Below are positions 26,416-41,400 of a stretch of DNA of 64,000 nt, in pieces. The notes beneath the pieces were generated by a model. The model saw only the letters and a list, made by a program, of their open reading frames with translations. It searched no databases and was not told the origin of the DNA. Numbering within the stretch: the stretch's first letter is position 1; each line of letters starts with the position of its first letter. Source of the stretch: Ruditapes philippinarum. Taxonomy: Eukaryota. A program made the position numbers and the translations under genes. The DNA lies in the NCBI RefSeq assembly GCF_026571515.1, contig NW_026861258.1, forward strand, positions 62,001 to 126,000. Reading direction: 5' to 3'.

Positions 26416-29400
26416 ATGTCTTCTCGGCGTGTCTTAAGCGATGATCTGAAAACACTAGAGTTTGAAACTAGTGAAGATGTGGATGTCACACCGACCTTTG
26501 ACAGTATGGGGCTAAGAGAAGAGCTGTTAAGAGGAATTTATGCTTACGGTTTGTAGCTTCAATTTTTAAAAGTTCTTAGGCATGACAGGGATACGGCTCA
26601 TCGAACGCTCACCGAATATTCACACAATTTTTGTTTGCTAGTCGAAAAAATTTATCCAAAGTCAGTTATTTATTCTAAGTCCATTTCCATTACATCTTGG
26701 AATATTTTTTTATGAATGGCAATCAGCTCCCAGTGAAATAGTTTTATCAAAGTATGTAAATGAGTTCAAATCTAAGTTAGATAAACACTGGCAATGGAAG
26801 AGATTTAAAATGGACAATATATAATATGAAATTAGGCAAAGCCTATGAACGGGGAAGTCGTTAAAAAATTCCTTTCATTCTTTCCGTTTTAAAGGTGTCA
26901 TTCTGTATTACATGCACCGCTTCCGTTTTTACTCGGAACACTCTACGATTATTATTTATCCGAAAAGTTGAGATTTGTTCCGTTATCGGAATACCCCGCC
27001 TGTTATCATTGAGTTACATTGTAAATGGTGGCGCCCGACTAGAACTGACACTGAAAATTTCATTGATAGGTATAGAATTAATTGTTTTTTATTTGATTTT
27101 CTTTTAAATATTCACGTGTAGTCTATAGCCGGGCAAGCCAAAGCCCGGACCCGCTTCGCGGGCCCGGTCTTTGACTTCCCCGTATTAGATAGACCAATAC
27201 CGGAGCGGACGACACTGAAAACGGAACTCGAGGGGAATGATAGTCCGTTAGGGGACTAATAAAGTTTCCCAAACATCACAAGGTATCACAAGGTAGCTAA
27301 GTGAACTATAATGTTGTTTACTCGTTGGATTTGTAAGTGGAAAAGAGTCAACTCGGTCCTATACCAACTCGGCACGGGTCAACTCGGCACGGGTAAACTC
27401 GGCCCACTTTACAAAAATATATATAACGTATTACAATCTAACTTTGCTTTGCATGTTGTTAAGGTAAATGAATAATAAATCGAGTGAAAAAAACAAGAGT
27501 TGTTTCCTTTAGTTTCCCTTCGCTTGCAAAAGAATGCAAATTTAGCCGTGTTTAAATCGCTAGTTTGGGTGATTAAATGTCTGATTTTGTATATTTCAAC
27601 ACATTGTTTGACACTGAAGGTATTTAAATTTACGGTTAAACCTACCATGAGTCAGAATACAGTGAGATACGCAATGGGTTATCTTTACTCGCAATTCTAC
27701 TGATAAGAAAAGCCTGTCTGCTGCTAGTTCGGAAACTGTCAATCCGTGTATTGTAAATAATTACAATAAATAGTGATAACACAAACCTATATATCAATAA
27801 TTGAAAAGTGGGCCGAGTTGGAATAGGGCCGAGCTGCCTCGGGGGCCGAGTACGTTTTAGGGCTGAGCTGACCCAGATTCTTTGTAAGTTATGTTGGCAC
27901 AAAAGTTGCAACCACAGGTGCTTGAAACAAACTTTTAAAAGTCTTTTTAAAGTTTTATATGGGCTTTATACTATTGTAAGATATAAGGTCTCCAACAGAA
28001 CAAAAACATCATACTGAACAAACAAGAACACTGCTGCAAGAAACGACCAGATCACGGTTATTTCTTTTTGGTCATCATTCGAAACAATACATAATGCTTT
28101 CAAATGGCGACCACAAAGAGATAACCGTCATCTGGTTGCTTCTTGCAGCAGTGTTATTGTTTGTTCTGCATGATGTTTTTGTTCTGTTGGGGGCCTTATA
28201 TCTTAATATACATATATAGACCGGTTATGTAAAATATTTGACGGGGCCTCCGTAGCCAAGTGGTTAAAGTTGTTGACTTGAGATCACAGGTCCCTCACCA
28301 CTGTAGGTTCGATCCTCACTTGGGTCGAAATCTTTCATGTGAGGAAGCCATCCAGCTGGCTTACGGAAGGTCGGTGGTTCTACCCAGGTGCCCGCTCGTG
28401 CCTGAAATAATGCCCGGAGGGGCACCTGGGGTCTTCCTCCATCAATAAAGCTGGAAAAAATCGACGAAAAATCTCGGCGGGGCGCTCTAGGATGACCTGA
28501 CTTGAGTGTACGGTCGCCCATATGGGCTTTCCGGCGGCGACCTTAAATAAACGCATCAAAAAAAAAAAAAGTAAAATATTTGATTATGTGACTAGCACCT
28601 GTGGTTGCAACATGTCAACCTTGCAATTTTAAGGTAATTTTTCAAGTTTGATATTTCATTTTTATCATAAATAACAATAGATTATCAATAATATGAAGAT
28701 TACTGAAATATATATGACTTGCTATGTGTGCACATAGAGCACATGTATGATTTTTATAATATTATAAATTAATATGTCTTCCTTTAAAAAAAAAATGCAA
28801 GAGCAAAATGTTGACCGTGTCAGGAAATACTCTACAGCCTTGTTTTGGCAAGAAGAAAGTGCCTTACACCTGACTGTGATAGGAAGGTGCCTATACATTG
28901 CCAGATTTTGATTTAATATTCAAAATTCATTGTATATCATCGTCAATATTGGGCTGTCTAATACAAATATTATATATACAAGTGTTGATACAAAATTTTC
29001 AATCAGTGAGTATGACAGTCTACTGATAATTAAATCAATTGAGAAGCATTTAATGGCCACTAAACATAGAATTTTTCCATTTCTCCTGATAGAGCCTTCC
29101 TTTTTTTCACTGATATCTTAGTTATTTAGTATGTACTCTGTATAGATGTCTCCGGCCTCTTTTTATTTTAAAATTACGTTGCACCATACTGGTTGGGGAC
29201 CACCAAACTCTGACGGTCCTAAAAATGCATAATTTAGGTTTTTTTTTCTATGTTCATTGGTTGTCGATCTATTAGACACTTTTTTAAGAACAATAAATGC
29301 ATGGTTCTTCTATAAATAAGTAATTAAATTTATTTCAACGGTGATACTTCAATGTCTATTTCAAGAATGCTGACGTTGAAAATTTGGGCATTAAGAGTGC

Positions 29401-32400
29401 AATACCTGACCTGATATACCAGCTATAATCATTTGCAGAGTAAACAATAGAATATCCAAAACTTTAGCATTTGCTGCTGAAATATTGTTTATCATGTTAA
29501 AAATGAAAAATTAAAATACCCAAGCATTTAACAGAATTAAATCACATCATGTCCATATCTGTCCGGACACGTGGTACTGTAGTGTAGAAAATTTAGGTAA
29601 TTTTGATACCCTCGTTTACGAGTCTCAGATGTAAGTATTAACATAATCAGAAATAAACAAACTAGCTTGTTAGTTAGGAGAAGAACTTAGCTGTACTGTG
29701 TCAAATTTTCAGGTCTCTAGGTTTGATATTATGAAATTTGTATGAAAAAATGTTCAAAAATTGTCAGGTTGATGGTCCCCAACCAGTACATTTGAAGTAT
29801 ATTCATGTATTGTTTTAGGTTTTGAGAAGCCATCAGCCATTCAGCAGAGATCAATTAAACCAATTGTTAAGGGCAGAGATGTCATTGCACAGTAAGTATT
29901 ACATGCATTTATAGCTTTTAAGTTTGTGGTAAATATAATTATGTGCTAAAATTGTACAAATCTTAATGTATTTTTTCTCTAAAATTAATTGGTCAGCATT
30001 AGTGACATCTTGACTATGTGAAGGATAGTGAAGCTGTCCTACCCACCTTAGTGTCAGTGTAACAAATTTTCGGTCAGTTTCCATGCAGTTATATACATGT
30101 ATCTTATGATATTAATAATAATCACTAAAGGTGTTCACTTCTCCAGTAAAGATCATAATTGAAGATTATATACTAAGCAAATAGGTCTAACATGGATTTT
30201 ACTGACCTATACCCTATTGTGAAGTTAAGAAAAAAGTTTTTATGCCCCCACAGAGTGGAAGCACATAATGTTGCACTTGTCCGTCCGAGTGTCCGTCCGT
30301 ACGTCCCGAAATCTTGTGAACGCAACTCCTCTTAAACCGGATGGCAGATTTTGCTTAAACTTCCAGGGATGAACAACCTTAATGTATAGATGATAGTAAA
30401 GGAAGGAATTTTTGCTGCAACCAAATTTAACAGATTTATGGCCCTTTGTTGATTTTTTTACAATATACTATGTAGAAATTTTGTGAATGCAACTTCTCTT
30501 AAACCGGATGGCAGATTTTGCTTAAACTTCCAGGGATGAACAACCTTAATTTGTAGATGGTAGTAAAGGAAGGAATTTTTGCCTGCGACCAAATTTAACA
30601 GAATTATGGCCCTTTGTTTTGATTTTTTCATTATATACTATGTAGAATTTTGTGAACGCAACTCCTCTTAAACCGGATTGGCAGATTTTGCTTAAACTTC
30701 CAGGATGAACAACCTTAATGTGTAGATGGTAGTAAAGGAAGGAATTTTTGCTGCAACCAAATTTAACAGAATTATGGCCCTTTGTTGATTTTTTCACTAT
30801 ATACTATGTAGAAATTTTGTGAACGCAACTCCTCTTAAACCGGATGGCAGATTTTGCTTAAACTTCCAGGGATGAACAACCTTAATGTGTAGATGGTAGT
30901 AAAGGAAGGAATTTTTGCTGCGACCAAATTTAACAGAATTATGGCCCTTTGTTGATTTTTAGTTTTCAACTTGTGGCACATGTAGTCCAAAAAATATTTG
31001 ACCTAGAGTCATAAGATTGACAGAACAGTGGCGTGTGGGGGCATCCGTGTCCTATGGACACATTTCTAGTTGTAAATGTTTTACATGCAGATTTTATCTG
31101 CAACCACATTCAACCATTTGAATCTCCACGCCTATCTTCAAAGTCATAATTTAAGGTAACTGTTGAAACTTTGTGATACTAGCATGGATAATTCTGAATT
31201 ATATCCCTTTTATGATTTGTTTCTGCATTATTTATTTTCTTGTACTAATCAAGCATAGAGAATAGTCTAGTCCATCGTCTGACTGGCAGTCCTTGTTATT
31301 ACTACACTAATGTTGTAATATTTGAATTGAGTTTAATATACATACCTGTTGCTTACTTATATTCCTATTTTTTATGCGATGATGTTACAGATTTTAATAT
31401 TTTCTCCTTCATAAGTCTTTACGCATTTTCATTTATCTAATGCTATTATTAATGATAAAAAAACATTTTATCATAGCAGAATATTAATGAGAATCTCTTT
31501 TATTGTGATATATAGGGCACAGTCTGGTACAGGAAAGACTGCAACATTCTCAATCTCTACACTACAATGTCTTGACACACAGGTTCGAGAAACACAAGCT
31601 TTGATTCTGTCACCAACTCGTGAATTGGCAACTCAAATACAGAAAGTGAGTGTTTTTGATAACTGTTCTGTTTTATTTTCTATCACCATGTTTGAGGTTC
31701 TTTTAATGTTACTGTGATTTTATTCAATTAATTCGAATTTTACTTTTTTAATTCTTGAATGTAAGCCTATTTCACAGTTATTGCAACACGCCAATTTTTT
31801 ACTTAAAATCTTTTTCTGTAAACTGTTCATATATGTAACATACAGCAATTCAAATTTGCTATTAAAATAGCATAAAATACAAAATGTGCTACTGACACCT
31901 GTGTGGTTATAGTTAATAACCTTGAAACTCTTATCTGATGTGGGTTTAAATCCCACATTGACATTAGATTCATTAAGTTAGAAAGCTGCTCAAGATATCC
32001 TACAAGGTTATGGAAGATTAGTGGTTCTTCCCATATTCAAGCTCCCAAGAGAGGCTTTTCAAGTCTTTCACCATCAACATAACCTTTGTGTTGTCATATC
32101 AACAAAAATCTCTTAAAAAAGCTTAACATATAGTTTTGCTTTATGTTTTAGGTCATACTTGCACTTGGTGACTACATGAACGTTCAGTGTCATTCGTGTA
32201 TAGGGGGTACAAACATTGGTGAAGATATCAGAAAACTAGATTATGGACAACATGTTGTTTCTGGAACACCAGGCCGAGTATTTGGTAAAATATCTATTGA
32301 AAGTTTACAGATAAAATTCTAACTCTTCTCCTGTCTAAGGTTTAGATTTAATGTTCAGGAAATAGTAGAGCTATCTTACTTATATAAATATTTTAAATGA

Positions 32401-35400
32401 TGTAAAACTATGTTTTAGTTTTGTGTACAAGTTCATTATTTCTTTAATCCCTAAGGCTGCTGGCAGCAACTTAATTTACCCATGTGAATAGTTCCAATGT
32501 GATCAAGTCATGAGTATGTTATTGTCAGATACTGATATTTATATATCTAGCACACATTTTAACTTCTCAGATTAGTCTCACACTGTTGGTTTAGAATTAG
32601 TAGTCACTACGGTGACTTGTGGAGAAGTTCGTAATAACTAGTTAGTTATCCAGGAAAGCCTTTTTTGTTTTTGACAAGACTATCAAAGAAATGTACTATT
32701 CAAATTCATCTTTGAATGAACAGGCATACTTAATTAAACCGTATTACATAATTGGATGAAGATTGATACATACTAATTACATTACAGGAAATGATTATGA
32801 ATATTTTAGGAACATTCAAACTCATTTTAACAGAAAATATTTATCGAGTTGCATTCAGCATTTTCTTTTATATTGAAACACATGTTATAATTTTGAGTCA
32901 GTTATATTTGAAGAAATTTAAAGAAATATGCAATAATTAAATAAATGTACATTGAAATCAGGAGAGACTGTGGAATGAAAGAAAATGTTTTTTTTATTGT
33001 ATCGAATTTAATCTGTACATTATTAACCTCACTTAAGATTTTTGTAATCTATTTTTTTTAGATTTTTTTTGTAACTTTTTAAAAAATTAACCCTTAGTCT
33101 TTGGTAACATATGCTACCTAATAACTAGTGTCAGCACATCCGTCTGATCATGGTCTGCACTGTTCAGACAATATACATTTTGAAATTTTCTCTGGAAGTG
33201 ATGAATGGGTTTTGTCCATATTGAACGATCAACAATTTTTTAAGGTATTTAGCATGATAAATGTTAAACAATATATAAATTAAGATATATTCTTTACTTT
33301 TAGACATGATCAAGAGGAGGAACTTGAGAACCAGGTCTATCAAGATGCTGATTCTAGATGAAGCTGATGAAATGTTAAACAAAGGTAATATAACTGTACC
33401 ATTGAAACATTTATAGTTTAAACCCAGGCACCATTTTTTCTCCCCAAAAAAACTTTGGTTGCTGCCTATTGTTAGGCCAAAATTGTTTTCCTAGAACTGT
33501 TTTCAGGAGCCATGCTGTCTCAGCCAAGTTACTCTTAGGGACTGGCCATCATTTGTTAATAATAACATCATGCCTGTGATGTTGAATTGGTTTTCTGTAG
33601 GAATTTATCTTCTTAAATAGTAGTTACAAAAAGATCAAATGTTCTAACTAGATACCCAGTGATGCTCAAAATATTACTCAGAATGTCAACTGAAAGTCTT
33701 TATTTGCCAGTAAATCTACAAAGTCACCACATAACTTCAGCAGTGTTTGTACTACCTAATAATTCACACAAAATACATCATATTAATTGGGAATGTATGG
33801 AAATTGTTAACAAGAAACATCTGTGTTAATTCTGGTATTAGTTTGCTTTGTTTGTCGGGATGTTCTGTAGGATATTTGGTTGGTAAAACAGTCTTTTTTA
33901 TGAAATTATAAGTCATAGTATGGTGCCTGATTTAGATTTTTGTCTTGTCTAGTAACACACATGTATTGATGAAAAATATCACTATGAAGTAATTTTGTTG
34001 AATTCTGTTGATATATTTTTAAGAAATACAGTCAAACTACTGTAAAGTCTATGCAGGGAATTAGAAAATATTATATTTTTGTGTGTGTGTGTGTTTTTTA
34101 TGTGACTTTTTTGTGATTTAAAAAAAAAATTGATATATAACTGACACATTTTATATTTCAGGATTTAAGGAACAGATTTATGATGTATACAGATACCTGC
34201 CCCCGGCAACACAAGTTATTCTGATCTCTGCTACTTTACCACATGAAATTCTGGAAATGACAAGCAAGTTTATGACTGACCCTATAAGAATCCTTGTTAA
34301 ACGGTATGTCCATAACTTACCCTCTAGACATAAATCCCCCTTCCCACACAAGTTTCTGGTTTCCCTAAAACTATAGTTAGATAATCAGAGTGGAAGTTTT
34401 ATGTGTCTCGCCATTGTTGATAACACCTACAAGTTCTAGAAATAAAATCTTCTAAGGGAATACTTGTGGGCCAAAAAACTGCTTGTTAAAACAAAAGTTT
34501 GTCCCATAAAGTATTGACAAACATTGCATGTATTTATAATTGAAACAGGATAAAATCAGAGAATTTTTCACTGACATTTATCAGTATTTAACACTTTGCA
34601 CAAAAATGCATTTGTAATATGAAAAGATGTCACAGGGCTTTTATGATAGATAAGCAATGAAATTTAATTGAAGATTTTTTTGTGTGTGTGCAATATAAAG
34701 AAATGTCATTCTATATTAATACCCTCACAAACAAAGTTATAGGTGGGTAGGGGGTGCATGTAGATAAGAGTGAGCTTGTCTGTCTGTTGGTCAGACATTT
34801 TATGTTTTCCAGTTGGTAAACAAATTTGATATACAACAAGTTTATTTGGAGACCTTGCTTGGGATTGCTTCTTGATCCCCTTGGGTCAAGGTCACAATTT
34901 CTAAAAAAAGACAAAAATGATTTTCAGATGATAAACTAGAGTTCAATTTTAACTAATTTAGAATTGTATTTAAATTATCAGCATTCATTAAGTTGGTTCA
35001 GAATATATATTGCGAAAAAGAAGATTGATTTCCTTATAATATTTCTAATATATACAAAATAGGTTTTTTGGAAATGCAGAAAAAAAATAACGTTCACTTT
35101 TTATACATGTATGTTTATTTCTGTTAGTGCTTACAATGTTGTATGCATATCAATCAGTAATGTATAATATGATAATCATAAGTATAACAATAATGTAAAG
35201 TTATAAAAGTGCGGAAAACGTCAAAATACAATGCTATGTGGCAAATAAATATTCATGTACTTATATCACAAGTATTGAATTGCACGAAATATGCGTATAG
35301 TAAATATTCTATTTAATATAGGGAGCTAATAAATATTTTTGAAACTCAAAATAGTGACTTATTATAGAAGTAAATGACTTATTATAGACGTAAATAAAAT

Positions 35401-38400
35401 GTTTGCATTACCAATATTTACGTTTGCATTAAACATTCATATATTTCAGTGATGAATTGACACTGGAAGGTATCAAGCAGTTCTTTGTTGCCGTGGAGAG
35501 AGAGGAGTGGAAATTTGACACATTATGTGATCTCTATGATACTCTTACAATAACACAGGCTGTCATCTTCTGTAACACAAAGAGAAAGGTGGGGCATAAC
35601 ATTACCTCAAAATCTATCAAAACAATGTTGTATAATATACATCTAAGGAATTATGTGTGTTATACTGAAGTATTGTGCTTGATTGGGCCATATATAATTT
35701 GTAGTGAATCTTTACTACACTAAATATTTTTAAATGGACTTGTCTGTCTTTCAATCTGGACAAATCCATTCATTTTTGTGGAAAATTTCAAAATGAGTAC
35801 TGACTTAATTAGCAACTGTGCAGACCATGATCAGGTGGAATGGTTTTGCCCCCTGATCTAAGTTTGCATTGGTTGCATTGCTAGTCAGTTGCCCATCAGC
35901 AGGTTTAAGGTAGTCTTACTGTAAAGCTTTCCCGCCAAAGAAATTATAACTTTGGCCAATATCGTAGCAAATCAGTTATTTCTGGAACATTGTTTTTTCA
36001 AAATCTTGGGCATTAGATTATATACAATCACTCATTCTTTACAGCTGTGCACTTTGTTCCAGTTATAAACAGTTAAAAATTATTGAATACCAAAGATTGT
36101 AAAAAATCTTGTTTCAGACTGATTTATTTGATTTATTACGATATTGGCGGATTTAGAAATTTTTTGGCGAGAAAGCATTTCCATATGACTACCTTAAAGG
36201 CAATTATACATAATGATTAAAGCTAAAGGTTGTAAGCATATGTTGTTTTCTTATAAGCTTATTGAAAGTAGGTTTTGTAATGAAAATCTATTACTTGTTT
36301 CTATGTTTATTAATTATATGGTACAAATTTTAGGTGGATTGGCTGACAGAGAAAATGAGGGATGCTAATTTCACAGTTTCATCTATGCATGGAGAAATGG
36401 TCCAAAAAGAAAGGGAGACAATTATGAAAGAATTCAGATCAGGGGCTAGGTAAAATATAGGTTATACTTTACAAAAAATTCAAAGCACGGGCTTATTCTC
36501 TTATATATATATATTAGTCTTTCTTTTGATCAAGTCATTAAGGTTGTGTTTTAAATGTTTATTGGCCATTCTGTGTTTTTATGCCATTGGCACATTCACT
36601 GTTTCATGCTATTGGCATATATTCACTTTTGTATGCCATTGGAGCATTTACTGTTTCATGACATTGGTGCAATCATTCACTGTTTCATATCATTGGCATG
36701 GTCACTGTTTTGACAGCTTTCACTCAATGTTACAAAGTTATGCCATTTGCATATCACTGAAACTATACATTAACATATAAAGATTAATAGTGTAGTTTCA
36801 CTTGTTAAAAGTGATGAGTTCATTATTAAGTTTTACATAAAGAAATACCATCATCAAGAATTTGGAGAATTTTTTTTTATTGCATTTCTGCCTTACTAGA
36901 GTTTTATTATTTGGTTCAAAGATTTTGATCTGAGATATCTTGGAAAACATACAAGATCTATTACTTTTGATTTTATAGTAGACTTTGAAAATGTAAGTGT
37001 AACATGTTGGAAAAGCTCAGCAAAAAATTTGCTATTTTACTTTGTAGCTTATTGAAAAATGCCTTCATATAACATGATATTCATATGTATCTGTGCGATT
37101 CTTATGATCTCATTTTGAATTTGAGTATGATAATTTAAAGATACATTATGTTTATGTTTAGCATTTTTTTTATTGAAATCTAGGAAATTCTTACTGAAAA
37201 TGTCTAAGTTGAATAAGAGAATGTACAAACTATATTTGGGATACTCCATTTCCTGTTTCTGGTCAAGTTAATATTGTCCTTTCTTAAAAAATCTGGCAGA
37301 TTTAAAACCTATAGTGTCAAGAAGTGTGAAGAGTTTAAATGTGTATTCATCGGATGTTTATTTAACATTTAAAAAAAAAGAGAATGTATAGCAATTATTA
37401 GTATTTTCATATATTAAGATTTGATCATTTTTAGTTTAACTGACTAATTAATTTAAGCATATCTTTAAAATTCTTTTTAACACATAATATATACTGATTA
37501 TTTTATTATGACAGTCGAGTGTTGATAACAACAGATGTGTGGGCTAGAGGTCTAGATGTACAACAAGTGTCCCTTGTCATCAACTATGATTTACCAAACA
37601 ACAGAGAATTGTATATTCACAGGTATTGTCTCAATTTTAATTGTCACAATTTCTGGTGTGGTCGGGGTGGGGGATCCTTTGATTGCCTTTAGATAAGCAG
37701 GGATCCGGGATCATATTTCATATATATCATAGTAATTGCTAGGCAGAGGTTCTTGTTAGCTTGATTGTTTGCTGAATAGGGAGATCTATTTTACTCACCT
37801 ATGCATGAGTGTCCGCATCACACCTTGGTTAACTTTTTTTGCACACAAGTTGGTATCTCCAAAACTACTGAAGGGAATGGGTTGAAACTTCATGCACTTA
37901 TTGGACAGAATTTTAGGAGGTCAAATTCTATTACTAACTGGGTTTTATCAATATTATGACCTTTAAAAAAAGGCTTTTTAAACAAAGAAAAATCTACAAT
38001 TCACAGATGTAAGTCTTGAACTTTTTGTAGCAACTGAAAAGTGAAAATTAAATATTTAAGAATGGTTGATTCAAATTTAAGATCATATTGAAGAGTAGTC
38101 TATACCTAGTGTATTTTTATGAAAATATTCTGGCTAGAAAAAAACTAGAATTTGTTATTAATATTAAACACATAAACATTTGACTGCAGAATTGGTCGAT
38201 CTGGAAGATTTGGTCGTAAAGGTGTGGCCATCAATTTTGTGAAGAATGACGATATCAGAATTCTGAGAGATATTGAACAGTACTATTCTACACAGATAGA
38301 TGAAATGCCTATGAATGGTAAAAATACATATATCTATACCTTATTTAATTTATTTATTATCTTATTTTTATGCCCAACTTCCTAATTTTGTCACATTATC

Positions 38401-41400
38401 TTAATCATTAGTTTATTTTTCTATCACAGTGTATTTTCTATTTCTGATCATTTTTAGATATTTTGTTCACCTTTGTGTTTTCCTAAACTAGGCAACCCTG
38501 TTTAGTGTTTCATTAATGCTAACCGTCATGTTTATTATCTCATTTTGTCAAATTTTGTTTATTATCTATTCTCTTGTTTTGTTTGTTCAGCACTATTTAT
38601 TAATTTCTTTGTCCAACTTTCTTGTTTATTGTCAATGTCGAACTTCTTTTTAGCTCGACTATTCGATAAGAATAAGTAGAGCTATTGTAGTCACCCAAGC
38701 GTCGGCGTCGGCGTAACCACTTATGTTAAAGTTTTTGTAATAGTTCAAATATTTTCAAAGTCCATTGACATATGGCTTTGAAACTTTGCACACTTGTTCA
38801 CCATCATGACCCCAACCTGTAGACAGGAGGAGGTAACTCTATCAAGCATTTTGACAGAATTATGCCCCTTTTTCAACTTAGAATTTATGTTAAAGTTTTT
38901 GTAATAGTTCAAATATTTTCAAAGTCCATTGACATATGGCTTTGAAACTTTGCACACTTGTTCACCATAATGACCCCAACCTGTAGACAGGAGGAGGTAA
39001 CTCTATCAAGCATTTTGACAGAATTATGCCCCTTTTTCAACTTAGAATTTATGTTAAAGTTTTTGTAATACCTCAAATATTTTCAAAGTCCATTGACATA
39101 TGGCTTTGAAACTTTGCACACTTGTTCACCATCATGACCCCCACCTGTAGACAGGAGGAAGTAACTGTATCAAGCATTTTGACAGAATTATGCCCCTTTT
39201 TCGACTTAGAATTTACGTTAAAGTTTTTGTAATAGTTCAAATATTTTCAAAGTCCATTGACATATGGCTTTAAAACTTTGCACACTTGTTTACCATCATG
39301 ACTCCAACCTGTAGACAGGAGGAGGTAACTCTATCAAGCATTTTGACAGAATTATGCCCCTTTTTCAACTTAGAATTTATGTTAAAGTTTTTGTAATAGT
39401 TCAAATATTTTCAAAGTCCATTGACATATGGCTTTGAAACTTTGCACACTTGTTCACCATCATGACACCAACCTGTAGACAGGAGGAGGTAACTGTATCA
39501 AGCATTTTGACAGAATTATGCCCCTTTTTCGACTTAGAATTTACGTTAAAGTTTTTTGTAATACCTCAAATATTTTCAAAGTCCATTGACATATGGCTTT
39601 GAAACTTTGCATACTTGTTCACCATCATGTCACCAACCTGTAAACAGGAGTAGGTAACTCTATCAAGCATTATTTTTTACTATCAAGCACTAGAATAGTC
39701 GAGCGTTGCTGTCCTACCGACAGCTCTTGTTTATTTATCTCATTATGCCCAACGATATTCATTATCCCATTATGTCTTTCTTCGTTATTTATCTCATTCT
39801 GTTTAACAAAATATTAAATATGTTAGTAAGACCACCTATCTTTTTTATCTCATTGTGTTCCGCTTGTTTGTTTTCTCATTATTTCCCATGTTGTTAATTT
39901 TCTCATTTTGTTACAACAATAATTTGTTATTATAATCAATTATAATAACTATCATAATCTAAGTATTTTCAATTTGTTTATTTTACCAGTATGTCCTGTT
40001 CTTTTGATTATCTCACAGTTTATTATCGTAGTTAATGTTGTTGTATTTTTCTTGTCCTTTGGGATCATTGATTCCAACACATTAAGTGTTGAGAATTGAG
40101 TACAGCTAAGGGCATGGATGGTACCTTTTAAATTACCACTATCGTCCATGAACAGACTCGATGAAACCAAGTCTACAGTTTTCATCTAATTTTGGTGTGA
40201 TTAATGGTTCTGAGGGATCACCTTTTCTCAAAATCTTTATCATCTTGTAATGTCTAAGTCTGTTATTATCTCATAATTTCCTGTCATTTCTTACCTCATT
40301 TTGTCATGGCCTGATTATCATCTCACTGTGTTAAATGAGCTATCTGTTTAGAATAATCATGTTTATTATTTTATCATGTTCAACTATATTTATGATATCA
40401 TTTAGTTTAATCTATGTGTCTTATCTCATGATTGGCTATGTTTATTATCTCATCATATCTGACAATATTTGTTTTTATCTCATTTAGTTTAACCATATTT
40501 ATTATCTCCTTATGTTCTGTCATGTTCATTATCTCATTTAGCTTATTCATGTTTATCTCATCATGTATGAATTTGTAAACAAGTAGGTAGGTTCTAGAGT
40601 TATAAATACATAGATATAGTCATGTTTATTATATACTTATAAATAAATGAAGTATTGAGAAATAATGGTGAAATAAAATACATATTTTCATTTTTAGCTC
40701 GACTTTTTTTTTTTTTGGAAAAAAAAAGTAGAGGTATTGTTATAGTCGGGTCGGCGTTGACGTTCCCGTCTGCAAACTTGTACCTGGATCATAACTTTTT
40801 TATTTCTTGGTGTATTGTCTTCATACTTGGCCACAACAACCCTTGGGACAAGACCTTTCAGTAGACCACACTAACCTTGACCTTCATCCATAAATGACCT
40901 TGACCTTCAAGGTTATAAGTCCAATTTTTGCTTGTTCATGCTGTTATTGGCTGTAACTTTGTTATTTTTAGCTCGACTATTCGATAAGAATAAGTAGAGC
41001 TATTGTAGTCACCCGAGCGTCGGCGTCGGCGTTGGTGTCCGCGTCGGCGTAACCACTTATGTTAAAGTTTTTGTAATAGTTCAAATATTTTCAAAGTCCA
41101 TTGACATATGGCTTTGAAACTTTGAACACTTGTTCACCATCATGACCCCAACCTGTAGACAGGAGGAGGTAACTGTATCAAGCATTTTGACAGAATTATG
41201 CCCCTTTTTCAACTTAGAATTTACGTTAAAGTTTTTTGTAATAGTTCAAATATTTTCAAAGTCCATTGACATATGGCTTTGAAACTTTGCACACTTGTTC
41301 ACCATCATGACCCCAACCTGTAGACAGGAGGAGGTAACTGTATCAAGCATTTTGACAGAATTATGCCCCTTTTTCGACTTAGAATTTACGTTAAAGTTTT

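Noticed and set aside
28242-28325. tRNA gene
   Set aside because: A/B boxes are present, but the sequence runs into a SINE body, poly(A) tail and TSD, and no proper acceptor stem is evident.
28260-28521. 62- and 85-aa ORFs (and similar ORFs at 61797-62240)
   Set aside because: They lie within the SINE or the palindromic MITE; such repeat-derived ORFs are spurious.
28455-28550. Hammerhead or HDV ribozyme in the SINE tail
   Set aside because: ctgacttgag and gacgaaa only loosely resemble the CUGANGA/GAAA core, and I could not build the required stems. An Infernal search would settle it.
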